Source: an uncultured Spirochaetaceae bacterium
Lineage (GTDB): Bacteria; Spirochaetota; Spirochaetia; SZUA-6; RPPD01
Length of the DNA: 44,499 nt
NCBI GenBank assembly: GCA_964554445.1
Contig: CAZKOS010000002.1
Span: 35,293 to 79,791 of the forward strand
Reading direction: 5' to 3'
The notes below the pieces were generated by a model that saw only the letters and a program-made list of their open reading frames with translations, ran no database searches and had not been told where the DNA came from. A program made the position numbers and the translations under genes. Numbering within the stretch: position 1 is the stretch's first letter; the number at the start of each line of letters is the position of its first letter. Positions 25,598-33,775 of the stretch are shown one piece after another.

Positions 25598-26058
25598 AAA
25601 TCTCCTCGAAGTGCGAATACGCCTGCCTGGCGCTCATTTACCTGGCGGAACACTTCGGGGAAGGGCTCGTCAAGATCCAATCGATCGCCTCCACCAAAAA
25701 AATCCCGAAAAAATTCCTCGAGCAGATCCTGATCGTCCTCAAGCAGCGCGGGTACGTGAAGAGCAAGAAGGGGGCGAGCGGCGGCTATCGCCTCGCCCTG
25801 CCTCCCGAAAAAATCAACCTGGCCGAGGTCATCCGGCTCATGGACGGGGCGCTGGCCCCGGTCGAATCGGTGAGCAAGTATTTCTACGAGCCGACCCCCA
25901 TCGAGCAGGAGGAGCGGCTCCTCGGCGTTTTCCGGGAAATCCGCGATTACATCGCCGCCCGGCTCGAGCGCATCAGCTTCCGCGATCTGATCTCCGGGGA
26001 GAGCCCCGGAAACGGCCGGCCCCGACCGGTAAAAAAGGCCGCCCGCCGGGCGGACTGA
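25594..26058 (+). CDS. Rrf2 family transcriptional regulator (no Cys cluster, CymR-like)
   Basis: 154 aa. SSKCEYACLALIYLA...IPKKFLEQILIVLKQRGYVKSKKGASGGYRLA. 4-nt overlap with mtnA. Confidence 0.9.
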   Translation: MKISSKCEYACLALIYLAEHFGEGLVKIQSIASTKKIPKKFLEQILIVLKQRGYVKSKKGASGGYRLALPPEKINLAEVIRLMDGALAPVESVSKYFYEPTPIEQEERLLGVFREIRDYIAARLERISFRDLISGESPGNGRPRPVKKAARRAD

Positions 26059-26087
26059 GAAAAATCCCTTTAAGTCTACTAAATATA

Positions 26088-26116
26088 TAGACAAACTTAA
26101 CTAAACCTGATACGCT
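26088..26116 (+). promoter_or_regulatory. putative pstS promoter inside an AT-rich island (leaderless-type spacing)
   Basis: TAGACA 26088-26093, 17-nt spacer, TACGCT 26111-26116. The ATG is 7 nt downstream with no SD. GTCTA/TAGAC inverted repeat upstream. Confidence 0.4.
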
Positions 26117-26123
26117 CGCGCCC

Positions 26124-27065
26124 ATGCGTCAAGCGCTCATCATCGTCCTGTGCCTGGCCTTCCTCGCCGGAGGCGGCGCCTGCTCGGGCTCCCGGGCGTC
26201 CTCCACCGTCACCCTCTCCGGAGCCTTCGCGTTGTATCCCCTGGCGATCACCTGGAAGGAGGAATACGCGAAGGTCCAGCCCGCCGTCAGGATCGAGGTG
26301 GCGGCGGGAGGCGCGGGGAAGGGCATGACCGACGTCCTGGGCGGCCTGGTCGACGTGGCCATGGTCTCCCGGGAAGTCAATGATGCGGAAAGCGAAAAAG
26401 GCGCGTTCCCCTTGACCGTGGCCAAGGACGCGGTCGTCCCCACGCTCAATGCCGCAAACCCCCTGGCCGCGCGCTTGCGGGAACGCGGCCTCACGCGCGA
26501 GGAGTGCGCCGCCCTTTGGATCGCCGGCACGGTCAAGCGCTGGAGCGACGTCCGGGGCCTTCCGGGCGGCGGGCCGATCCGCGTCTACACGCGCTCCGAC
26601 GCCTGCGGCGCGGGCGAGGTCTGGTCGAAATACCTGGGCGGGTTGTCGCAGGACGACCTGGGCGGCGTGCAGGTGTTCGGCGATCCCGGCCTGGCCGATG
26701 CGGTCGCCAGGGATAAGGACGGCGTCGGCTACAACAACATCGGCTTCGCCTACGATCCGGCGACGCTGAAGCCGGTCAAGGGACTGGAAATCTTACGGCT
26801 GGATTTCAACGGCAACGGCCGGATCGATCCGGAAGAGAACGTCTACGCCACGCGGGACGATCTCACCCGGGCCATCCGGGAAAGCCGGTTTCCGTCGCCG
26901 CCGGCCAGGGAACTTTATTTCGTCACCCGGGGCAAGCCCTCCAAGCCGGCGGTCGTCGCCTTTCTCAGCTGGGTGCTCACCGGGGGCCAGCGCTTCGTTG
27001 AAAGCGGCGGATACGTCACGGTCCCGGCAGAGGACATCGAGCGGTGCCTGGACGCGCTGCGCTGA
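26124..27065 (+). CDS. pstS: phosphate ABC transporter substrate-binding lipoprotein
   Basis: 313 aa. Lipobox LAGGGAC. PstS-family pattern (LSGAFALYPL...GGAGKGM...) and operon context. Confidence 0.9.
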   Translation: MRQALIIVLCLAFLAGGGACSGSRASSTVTLSGAFALYPLAITWKEEYAKVQPAVRIEVAAGGAGKGMTDVLGGLVDVAMVSREVNDAESEKGAFPLTVAKDAVVPTLNAANPLAARLRERGLTREECAALWIAGTVKRWSDVRGLPGGGPIRVYTRSDACGAGEVWSKYLGGLSQDDLGGVQVFGDPGLADAVARDKDGVGYNNIGFAYDPATLKPVKGLEILRLDFNGNGRIDPEENVYATRDDLTRAIRESRFPSPPARELYFVTRGKPSKPAVVAFLSWVLTGGQRFVESGGYVTVPAEDIERCLDALR

Positions 27066-27937
27066 GGCGCGCCTCGCTCTCCGCCCCGCGTTCGCTCCTC
27101 GATTCCGGCGAACGGGCGCTCCTGGGGACGCTCGCCTGCGCGCTGGTGCTCCTTCCCTTCGTCATGGGCGGCGGGCTTTTTCTTTCCGCGCGCGGCCTCC
27201 TGGAAACGAAAACCTTCGCCTCGTTGTTCGCGCCGGGTTCCTGGAATCCGGCGCGAGGGGAAATCACCTATCTCCCGTTTCTCATCGGAACGCTCTGGGT
27301 GACCGGGCTGGCGGTCATCATCGCCCTGCCGCTCTCCCTCGCGGTGGCCGTCTACGCGTCCGAGTACGCCCCCCGCCGGTTCGGCGCCGTGCTCAAGCCG
27401 GCGGTCGACGTCGTCGCCGGGCTCCCCTCGGTCATCTTCGGCCTCTGGGGCGTGGCCCTCATCGTCCCCGCCACCGGGTACGGCATTCTGGCCGCCGCGT
27501 TCGTGCTCGCCGTCATGATCATGCCGATCATCGTGCAAATCGCCATGGAAGTGTTCGCGGCCGTCCCCGTGTCGCTGCGCGAGGCGGCCTTCGCCCTCGG
27601 CGCGACCCGGCTCGAGGTGGTCAACCGGGTGGTGCTCCGTAAAGCCCGGCCCGGCCTCGTCGCGGCCGCCGTCCTCGCCCTGGCCAGGGCCTTCGGCGAG
27701 ACCCTGGCCGTCATGATGGTGATCGGCGGCGCCCAAAAGGGGAGGCTGCCGGCAAGCCCCCTCGATCAGGCCGATACTCTTCCGACCCTGATCGCCAACC
27801 GCTACGGCGAGATGTCCTCCGTCCCCCTGGTGAGCGAATCGCTCCTCGGAGCGGCCTTCATCCTGTTTTTGGTGGTGGTGGGATTCACCCTCGTCTCCCG
27901 GGTGGTCCTGGCGCGGGTGAAACGGGGGATGGAATGA
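27044..27937 (+). CDS. pstC: phosphate ABC transporter permease PstC
   Basis: 297 aa, multi-TM, with the EAA-like loop REAAFALGATRLEV. The GTG start overlaps the pstS end, so the exact start is uncertain. Confidence 0.88.
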   Translation: MPGRAALRRASLSAPRSLLDSGERALLGTLACALVLLPFVMGGGLFLSARGLLETKTFASLFAPGSWNPARGEITYLPFLIGTLWVTGLAVIIALPLSLAVAVYASEYAPRRFGAVLKPAVDVVAGLPSVIFGLWGVALIVPATGYGILAAAFVLAVMIMPIIVQIAMEVFAAVPVSLREAAFALGATRLEVVNRVVLRKARPGLVAAAVLALARAFGETLAVMMVIGGAQKGRLPASPLDQADTLPTLIANRYGEMSSVPLVSESLLGAAFILFLVVVGFTLVSRVVLARVKRGME

Positions 27938-28788
27938 GCCTGCGGGCCCGGAAAATGAAGGAGGGGGCGGCCGTCGCCGTCATGATCGGCGCGGTGGGAG
28001 CCTTCTTCCTGCTCTTCGCCTCGATCGTCGCCGCGATTCTGGTCAGGGGAGCGTCAGGCCTTTCGCTCGATCTCGTCACGAAGCTGCCGGAGAGCGGCCT
28101 CTACCTGGGCGGCGGGGGCGGGGTGCTCAACGCCATCGTCGGTTCCCTCATGGTGGGTCTCGGGGCGACCGCGCTCGCCCTCAGCGTGAGCCTGCCGCTC
28201 GTCCTGTTCATCAATCTCTACCTGCCGAAGGGGGCGCGCCTGGCGGAGGCGGTGCGCTTCAGCCTCGACGTGCTCTGGGGAGTGCCGTCCATCGTGTACG
28301 GCGCCTGCGGCGTGGCGGTCATGCTCGCCGTGGGCATGCGCGGCTCGCTCCTCGCCGCGGTCGTCGTGGTCGCGCTGATCGAGGTCCCGATCCTGTCCCG
28401 CGCCTGCGACGAGGTGGTGCGGCTCGTGCCGCGCGAGCTCGAGGAGGCGGTCTTGTCGCTCGGCGCCGGAAAGCGCACGCTCGCCTTCCGGGTGGTCCTG
28501 CGCGCGGTGCTGCCGGGGCTGGTCACGGCGGCGCTCCTCGCCTTCGGGCGGGGCATCGGGGACGCCGCGGCCGTGATGCTCGTCGCCGGCTACCAGGACG
28601 GCATCCCCGCCAATCCTCTCGAACCCGTGGCGACGCTTCCGCTCGCGATTTTTTACCTGGTGAGCACGCCCGGGGCGCAGGCGAGGGGGTACGCCGCCGG
28701 ATTGGTGCTCGTGTTGATCATCGTCTTTTTTTCGCTGTTCTCCCGGTTGTTGGGGAAAAAACTTTCCCCCCACCGGATCGACCACTGA
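27934..28788 (+). CDS. pstA: phosphate ABC transporter permease PstA
   Basis: 284 aa, multi-TM, EEAVLSLGAGKRTL loop. ATGA overlap with pstC. Confidence 0.92.
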   Translation: MSLRARKMKEGAAVAVMIGAVGAFFLLFASIVAAILVRGASGLSLDLVTKLPESGLYLGGGGGVLNAIVGSLMVGLGATALALSVSLPLVLFINLYLPKGARLAEAVRFSLDVLWGVPSIVYGACGVAVMLAVGMRGSLLAAVVVVALIEVPILSRACDEVVRLVPRELEEAVLSLGAGKRTLAFRVVLRAVLPGLVTAALLAFGRGIGDAAAVMLVAGYQDGIPANPLEPVATLPLAIFYLVSTPGAQARGYAAGLVLVLIIVFFSLFSRLLGKKLSPHRIDH

Positions 28789-28823
28789 CCGCGAACCCGG
28801 GTCAGTGAAGGAAAGGAATCGCC

Positions 28824-29588
28824 ATGCGGGCGGACGGCAGCCATCTCCAGGTCTCGAATCTCACCGTCAGGTACGGCGGCCACACGGTCCTCTCGGACGT
28901 CTCCATCGACATCCCCGATCTGAAAATCACCGCCATCATCGGTCCCTCCGGTTCGGGCAAGACGACGCTCCTCAAGTCGTTCAACCGGCTGCTCGAGCTC
29001 GACACCAACGTCGAGGTGACGGGAGAGGTGAGGATCGACGGGGAGAACATCTACGGGCCCGGCGTCGAGGTGACGCACCTGCGCAAGAAGATGGGGCTCC
29101 TCGCCCAGAAGCCGACCGTCCTTCCCATGTCCATTTACGACAATGTCGCGTTCGGGCCGCGGCTCAACGGGCGGCCGCCGAGGGAGCGGCTCGACGAGAT
29201 CGTCCGCACCCACCTCGTCGCGGTGGGGCTGTGGAGCGAGGTCAAGGACCGGCTCCACAAACCGGCCGCCAAGCTCTCGGTCGGTCAACAGCAGCGCCTG
29301 TGCCTGGCGCGCGGGCTGGCCGTGGAGCCGGAGGTGATTTTAGGCGACGAGCCCACCTCGGCCCTCGACCCGCGCTCGTCCCGGACGATCGAGGAGCGGT
29401 TCCTGGCCCTCAAGTCCCGGTACACGATCATTCTCGTCACCCACATCCTGCGCCAGGCCCGGCGGCTGGCGGATTACGTCGTCTTCCTGTATGACGGGCG
29501 GATCGTGGAACACGGGCCGGCGGAGGAGGTGTTCGGCGCTCCGCGGGAACGCGTCACCCGGGAATACATCGAGGGCGTTTTCAGTTGA
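28824..29588 (+). CDS. pstB: phosphate ABC transporter ATP-binding protein
   Basis: 254 aa. Walker A GPSGSGKTT, signature LSVGQQQRL, Walker B ILGDEPTSALD. Confidence 0.96.
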   Translation: MRADGSHLQVSNLTVRYGGHTVLSDVSIDIPDLKITAIIGPSGSGKTTLLKSFNRLLELDTNVEVTGEVRIDGENIYGPGVEVTHLRKKMGLLAQKPTVLPMSIYDNVAFGPRLNGRPPRERLDEIVRTHLVAVGLWSEVKDRLHKPAAKLSVGQQQRLCLARGLAVEPEVILGDEPTSALDPRSSRTIEERFLALKSRYTIILVTHILRQARRLADYVVFLYDGRIVEHGPAEEVFGAPRERVTREYIEGVFS

Positions 29589-29598
29589 AAAAAAGATA

Positions 29599-29627
29599 TT
29601 GACAAGCCGTTCCGGCCGCGTTATATT
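29599..29627 (+). promoter_or_regulatory. near-consensus sigma70 promoter of the small zinc-ribbon gene
   Basis: TTGACA 29599-29604, 17-nt spacer, TATATT 29622-29627. About 155-nt leader. Confidence 0.6.
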
Positions 29628-29790
29628 TTCCAAGACTGAAAATCCCGCACATTAATAAGGATTCGTCAAAACAGATTTTTATCGGTGTTTTGATATACCT
29701 GGCGCGGACATTCGTTGCTGGAAACGAGTACACGCTGATGAAATGACCGCGGATTGATGTGACAACCGGAACCGAATCAGGAGGTGCCCC

Positions 29791-29964
29791 ATGGCAGAAA
29801 TCAGCAAAAACGCGCGCATCGGTATCGTGACGCATAAGTTCTTTTGCGGCTGCGGCGGAGAGATCAAGATGAAATCGGTCTTTACGAGCGGCAAGCTCAA
29901 GAACATGGCCGAATGCACGAAGTGCAACCGCGTGGAGAGACGGCCGAGCGATTTCAAAGCCTAA
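29791..29964 (+). CDS. small zinc-ribbon protein (57 aa, CxC...CxxC)
   Basis: Absent from the ORF track (under 60 aa). ATG 5 nt after AGGAGG. Translation: MAEISKNARIGIVTHKFFCGCGGEIKMKSVFTSGKLKNMAECTKCNRVERRPSDFKA. Followed by a rho-independent terminator. Confidence 0.6.
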   Translation: MAEISKNARIGIVTHKFFCGCGGEIKMKSVFTSGKLKNMAECTKCNRVERRPSDFKA

Positions 29965-29988
29965 GCTCGCTCGCCCGAAAAAAGGAGG

Positions 29989-30023
29989 GCGCCGGCCGGC
30001 TTCAGCCGGGCGGCGCTTTTTTT
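29989..30023 (+). terminator. rho-independent terminator after the zinc-ribbon gene (overlaps the plsC stop)
   Basis: 12-bp stem GCGCCGGCCGGC / GCCGGGCGGCGC (1 mismatch), TTCA loop, then TTTTTTT. An A run upstream allows bidirectional use. Confidence 0.75.
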
Positions 30024-30766
30024 GGATCCCGCCAGGCCTCGAGTTGCGCCTCGATATCACGGCTTATTTCGTCGAGGAGCGTCTGGACTCCCGCTCTGCC
30101 CCGCGCGTGCGGGTAGACCTTCAGGATCTTCGTCCGATACTCGAGTCCGCGCAGTTTGGTGAAAAAATCCATGAATTTCTGAATGCGATATCCCCCTTCG
30201 ACCGCCGCCGACACGACGGGGAGATCGGAATGGTCGAGGATATAGCGGACGCCCGCCGAATGGAATCTTCCCAGGCGGCCCGTACGCGAGCGGGTGCCCT
30301 CGGGGAACACGACGGGACAGATGCGGCGGCCCGGCAGGTGAAGGAGCCTGTCGAGCGAGCGCATGGTCTCGCCGAAGCCGCCCCGCCGGTTGACGAAGGC
30401 GTGGTTCCCGAGCCGCAGGCCCAGGGAGACGGAAGGGATGCCGTATTTGAGCTCTTTTTTCGCCGCGTACTTGAGGTCGTGTCCCGGGAAGGCGCACACC
30501 AGGATGGCGATGTCGGCGAGGCTCTGGTGGTTGGTGACGAGGAGAAATCGCTCGGGAAGGCGTTCGGAGGGCACGGCCGATTCGCGAATGAAACGGAGGC
30601 CCGCGTACACCCTGGCCAGGAGCACGCAAAACCGGCTCATCATGCGGAAGAAATCGTTCCAGAAATCGGCGTAGCGACGGCGCACAAAGAGGAAGCGCAG
30701 CCTGGCGAACAGGTCCCAGGCGATGACGCACACGATGAAGGAAAGTATGAAAATCAGGGTGCCCAT
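30002..30766 (-). CDS. plsC: 1-acyl-sn-glycerol-3-phosphate acyltransferase
   Basis: Start set at MGTLIFILSF (254 aa). NHQSLADI (HX4D) and FPEGTRS motifs. Confidence 0.88.
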   Translation of the reverse strand: MGTLIFILSFIVCVIAWDLFARLRFLFVRRRYADFWNDFFRMMSRFCVLLARVYAGLRFIRESAVPSERLPERFLLVTNHQSLADIAILVCAFPGHDLKYAAKKELKYGIPSVSLGLRLGNHAFVNRRGGFGETMRSLDRLLHLPGRRICPVVFPEGTRSRTGRLGRFHSAGVRYILDHSDLPVVSAAVEGGYRIQKFMDFFTKLRGLEYRTKILKVYPHARGRAGVQTLLDEISRDIEAQLEAWRDPKKAPPG

Positions 30767-30823
30767 CCGTAGTCTCCCGGCGTTCACTGTAAACGGTATC
30801 GGAGACTTTGAAAAGACCGATCC

Positions 30824-30852
30824 TTGACAGGGGACGGCTTTTTTGTTAGTTT
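30824..30852 (+). promoter_or_regulatory. putative sigma70 promoter of rpsT
   Basis: TTGACA 30824-30829, 17-nt spacer, TAGTTT 30847-30852. Confidence 0.45.
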
Positions 30853-30942
30853 TGTGCTTCACCTGATAAGCTGATGACGAACTCACCCGAGTTTGTCTTC
30901 GCATTTTTTGATTCATGCAATCGCGAGCGGAGGGTATGTCAT

Positions 30943-31212
30943 TTGAGCGTGAAAACTTCGGGTTCTGCCCAAAAGAGAAACAAGCAGAGTGAAAAACGCA
31001 GAATTTTGAACAGGATGTATTCCACCAAGGTGAAATCGTCCGCCAAGAAGGTCCTCAAGTCCATTGGGGAAAAAAACAAGGACCAGGCGGTCCGCGAATT
31101 CAAAGAATTCAGCACCCAGGTCGATAAAGCGGTCAAGAAGGGGATTTTTCACGGCAACACCGGGGCGCGGCGGAAGTCCCGGATGCAGAAAAAAATAAAC
31201 GCGCTCGCGTAG
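30943..31212 (+). CDS. rpsT: 30S ribosomal protein S20
   Basis: TTG start 8 nt after GGAGGG. SAQKRNKQSEKRRILNRMY...KAVKKGIFHGNTGARRKSR is typical of S20. The longer track ORF from 30874 is rejected. Confidence 0.9.
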   Translation: MSVKTSGSAQKRNKQSEKRRILNRMYSTKVKSSAKKVLKSIGEKNKDQAVREFKEFSTQVDKAVKKGIFHGNTGARRKSRMQKKINALA

Positions 31213-31285
31213 GGCACGCGCTTTTTCCCGCACCAACATGGCAGCATGAAAAAACCGATCGTCGTACCGACCGCGGACGAAGAGA

Positions 31286-31645
31286 GTGACCGCCTTGCCG
31301 AAGAAGCTGACGCGAGCCGAGCTCATTGATCACATCGTCGAAAAATTCAAAATTCATAAAACCGAAGTCAACCTGCTCCTCGAGCTCGTCTTCGACGACA
31401 TCAAGAAAGCCCTGGCGGAGGGCCGGAGCGTGGAGTTGCGGAGCTTCGGGACCTTCGAAATCCACGTCCACGCCGGGCGGAAGGCGCGCAATCCCAAAAC
31501 GGGGGAAAAAATCGTCACGCAGGATCGCGGCGTGGTGTTTTTCCGCCCCGGCCGGGAGATGAAAACCCTCGTGAAGCACGTGAAGGAAACCGCCGGCGAT
31601 CCGGACGCGCAGTCGGATCGCGATCCCGCCCGCAATGTCGACTGA
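31286..31645 (+). CDS. hup: HU/IHF family DNA-binding protein
   Basis: 119 aa. LTRAELIDHIV...FGTFEIHVHAGRKARNPKTGEKI beta-arm motif. GTG start. Confidence 0.9.
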   Translation: MTALPKKLTRAELIDHIVEKFKIHKTEVNLLLELVFDDIKKALAEGRSVELRSFGTFEIHVHAGRKARNPKTGEKIVTQDRGVVFFRPGREMKTLVKHVKETAGDPDAQSDRDPARNVD

Positions 31646-31675
31646 TCCGCCGTTACCGGAAAAAGGATTCATGTC

Positions 31676-33775
31676 GTGAAGAAAGCCCCCCGCACCGCCG
31701 GCCGGGAAAAACCGGACGCGGAACCCTCGAAAATATTCATAACGATCGCATTGTGCCTGGTCCTCCCCGCGGCCCTCGCGGCCTTCACCGTCTTCGTCTT
31801 TTTCTCCGGCGTTCCGGCGGGAGTAGGCGCGGTCGAGGCGGCGTTCGCCGTTGTGCTCATCATCGCAGGCGTCGTCACGGGACTGCGCCTGCGGACCAGG
31901 CGGGACAATGCCGTTCCCGGCGTTGAGCCGCTTCTGGTGACGGTCATGGCGGCCGGAGCGGCCGGCAGCGCGCTTTCGTTTTTCGTCCTGACGCTCGGGC
32001 CCGGGGTGAAAACCGCCTCCGGCCTCGCCTGCGCCCTGCTGAGCCTGTTCGCCGCCGGCCTGTACGTCGCCTGGGCGCGTCTCACCCGTCTGACGCCCGG
32101 TGCCGGCGTCCGGTTTCCCCGGTTGGCGAAATACACGGAGCATTTTTTGCTCATCGCGGCGGGGGCGTTGCTCTTTTCCATGTCGTTTCCGGGTTTTATT
32201 TTTCACGACGGGTTCGGGCCGTTGGCTTTCGTCGCCCTCGTGCCCGTCTTCATCGTGCTCGGCCGTTCGGGCTGGGCGGCGTCAGCCGTTTTCGGGGCCG
32301 TCTACGGATTCCTGGCCCACGCCCTTTTCAATTTCTGGCTGGCGACCTTCAATCCCCTGGCTTTGACCATCGTTCTTTCGATCCGGGTCGTCTATTACGT
32401 GCTCCTCTTCCTGTTCCTCAAGTTGGCGGACACGATCTTCCCGCGGTGGGCTTTCATCATCCAGACCCTCATCTGGGTGGGGTACGAATTCCTTTCCGCG
32501 CAGGGATTCCTCGCCTATTCATACGGTATTTTCGGATACTCGCAGTACCTGTTCATTCCCCTGCTCCAAACCGCGTCCGTCGCCGGGGTCTGGGGCCTTT
32601 CCCTCCTGGTCGTCTTTCCGGGCGCCTACCTCGGACGCGCGCTGCGGGGCGGGCCCCGCGCCTCGCTCCCCTTCTTCAGGAAAACGCTCGCGGCGCCGGC
32701 CGCGTATGCCGTCCTGTTCCTGGCGTCGCTCGTTTACGGGTTCGCGTCACGGACCGACACGGCCTCCCTGCCGACGCTGCGCGTCGCCTGCGTCCAGCAC
32801 AATATCGATCCGTGGGTCGGCGGGGACCCGGCCTACGAGAAGGCGCTGCGCATTCTCATGCGCTTGAGCGACCGGGCCGACGCGGCGCATCCCGACCTGG
32901 TCGTCTGGCCGGAAACCGCGCTCGTGCCCTCCCTGCGCTATCATACCCGGGTGCGGCTGGACCAGGAACGCTACAACAACGTCATCCGGCCGTTCCTCGA
33001 ATTCATGGACCAACAGAAGGCGGGGTACCTGATCGGCAACAACGACCTCGAACCGGCCGGCCGGGACGAATTCGGCCAGCCGGTGACGAAGAGCTACAAC
33101 GCGGCGCTGCTGCTCTCCGGCCGCGACATCCTGGGGGTCTACCGGAAAACGCATCTCGTCCCCTTCACCGAGCATTTTCCCTACAAGGACATTCTGCCGG
33201 GCGTGTACAATTGGCTGACCGGCGAGGACACCCATTTCTACACTCCGGGCGGCGAAGCGGACGCGGACAAGGTTTTCTCGTACCACGGGGTCCGTTTTTC
33301 CGTTCTCATCTGCTTCGAGGACACGTTCGGCGAAATCGCCCGGCGTTTCGCGAGGCACGGCGCCGATCTGTTCGTCAACCTTTCCAACGACGCCTGGTCC
33401 AAATCGACGGAGGCCGAAACGCAGCACCTGGCCCTCGCCGTGTTCCGCGCCGTGGAGAACAGGAGGAGTCTCGTCCGCTGCACGACCTCCGGGATCACTT
33501 CGATCGTCAATCCCGACGGCGTCGTCACCGGCCGAATTCCGCCGTTCGAGGAAGCGGTCCTGACGGCGGACGTCCCGGTGAACCGGGCCGGGCTTCCCCC
33601 GGCGGCATTCATCGGCGACTGGTTCGGCCTGGGCTCGGTCATCCTTTCACTGGCCGGGCTCGCGGCGGGCGCGGTGATTTTTATAATCAGAAAGCGGAAG
33701 AAACGTGGGAATTTTACTTCTGAAGGACACGGAGCACACGGAGAGGGGAGCGGAGTGCACGGAGGAAGAAGGTGA
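31676..33775 (+). CDS. lnt: apolipoprotein N-acyltransferase with N-terminal membrane extension
   Basis: 699 aa. CN-hydrolase core (VACVQHNI, YRKTHLVPFTE, VLICFEDTF, NLSNDAW). About 150 extra N-terminal residues with about 4 TM helices. The last 17 codons lie in repeat element B. Confidence 0.88.
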   Translation: MKKAPRTAGREKPDAEPSKIFITIALCLVLPAALAAFTVFVFFSGVPAGVGAVEAAFAVVLIIAGVVTGLRLRTRRDNAVPGVEPLLVTVMAAGAAGSALSFFVLTLGPGVKTASGLACALLSLFAAGLYVAWARLTRLTPGAGVRFPRLAKYTEHFLLIAAGALLFSMSFPGFIFHDGFGPLAFVALVPVFIVLGRSGWAASAVFGAVYGFLAHALFNFWLATFNPLALTIVLSIRVVYYVLLFLFLKLADTIFPRWAFIIQTLIWVGYEFLSAQGFLAYSYGIFGYSQYLFIPLLQTASVAGVWGLSLLVVFPGAYLGRALRGGPRASLPFFRKTLAAPAAYAVLFLASLVYGFASRTDTASLPTLRVACVQHNIDPWVGGDPAYEKALRILMRLSDRADAAHPDLVVWPETALVPSLRYHTRVRLDQERYNNVIRPFLEFMDQQKAGYLIGNNDLEPAGRDEFGQPVTKSYNAALLLSGRDILGVYRKTHLVPFTEHFPYKDILPGVYNWLTGEDTHFYTPGGEADADKVFSYHGVRFSVLICFEDTFGEIARRFARHGADLFVNLSNDAWSKSTEAETQHLALAVFRAVENRRSLVRCTTSGITSIVNPDGVVTGRIPPFEEAVLTADVPVNRAGLPPAAFIGDWFGLGSVILSLAGLAAGAVIFIIRKRKKRGNFTSEGHGAHGEGSGVHGGRR

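Noticed and set aside
26070-26100. dif-like Xer recombination site in the AT-rich island
   Set aside because: The inner arms are not palindromic in the way XerC/XerD half-sites are. The position directly upstream of pstS fits a promoter or operator better.
26915-28785. Minus-strand ORFs 26915..27736 and 28054..28785, and plus-strand Arg-rich frames across pstC/pstA
   Set aside because: Antisense or out of frame to canonical ABC permease genes.
29589-29790. Assignment of the zinc-ribbon leader to a known riboswitch class (c-di-GMP, ZTP, fluoride, preQ1, guanidine, Mn)
   Set aside because: None of the conserved core sequences I can recall are present. It is kept only as an unclassified structured leader.
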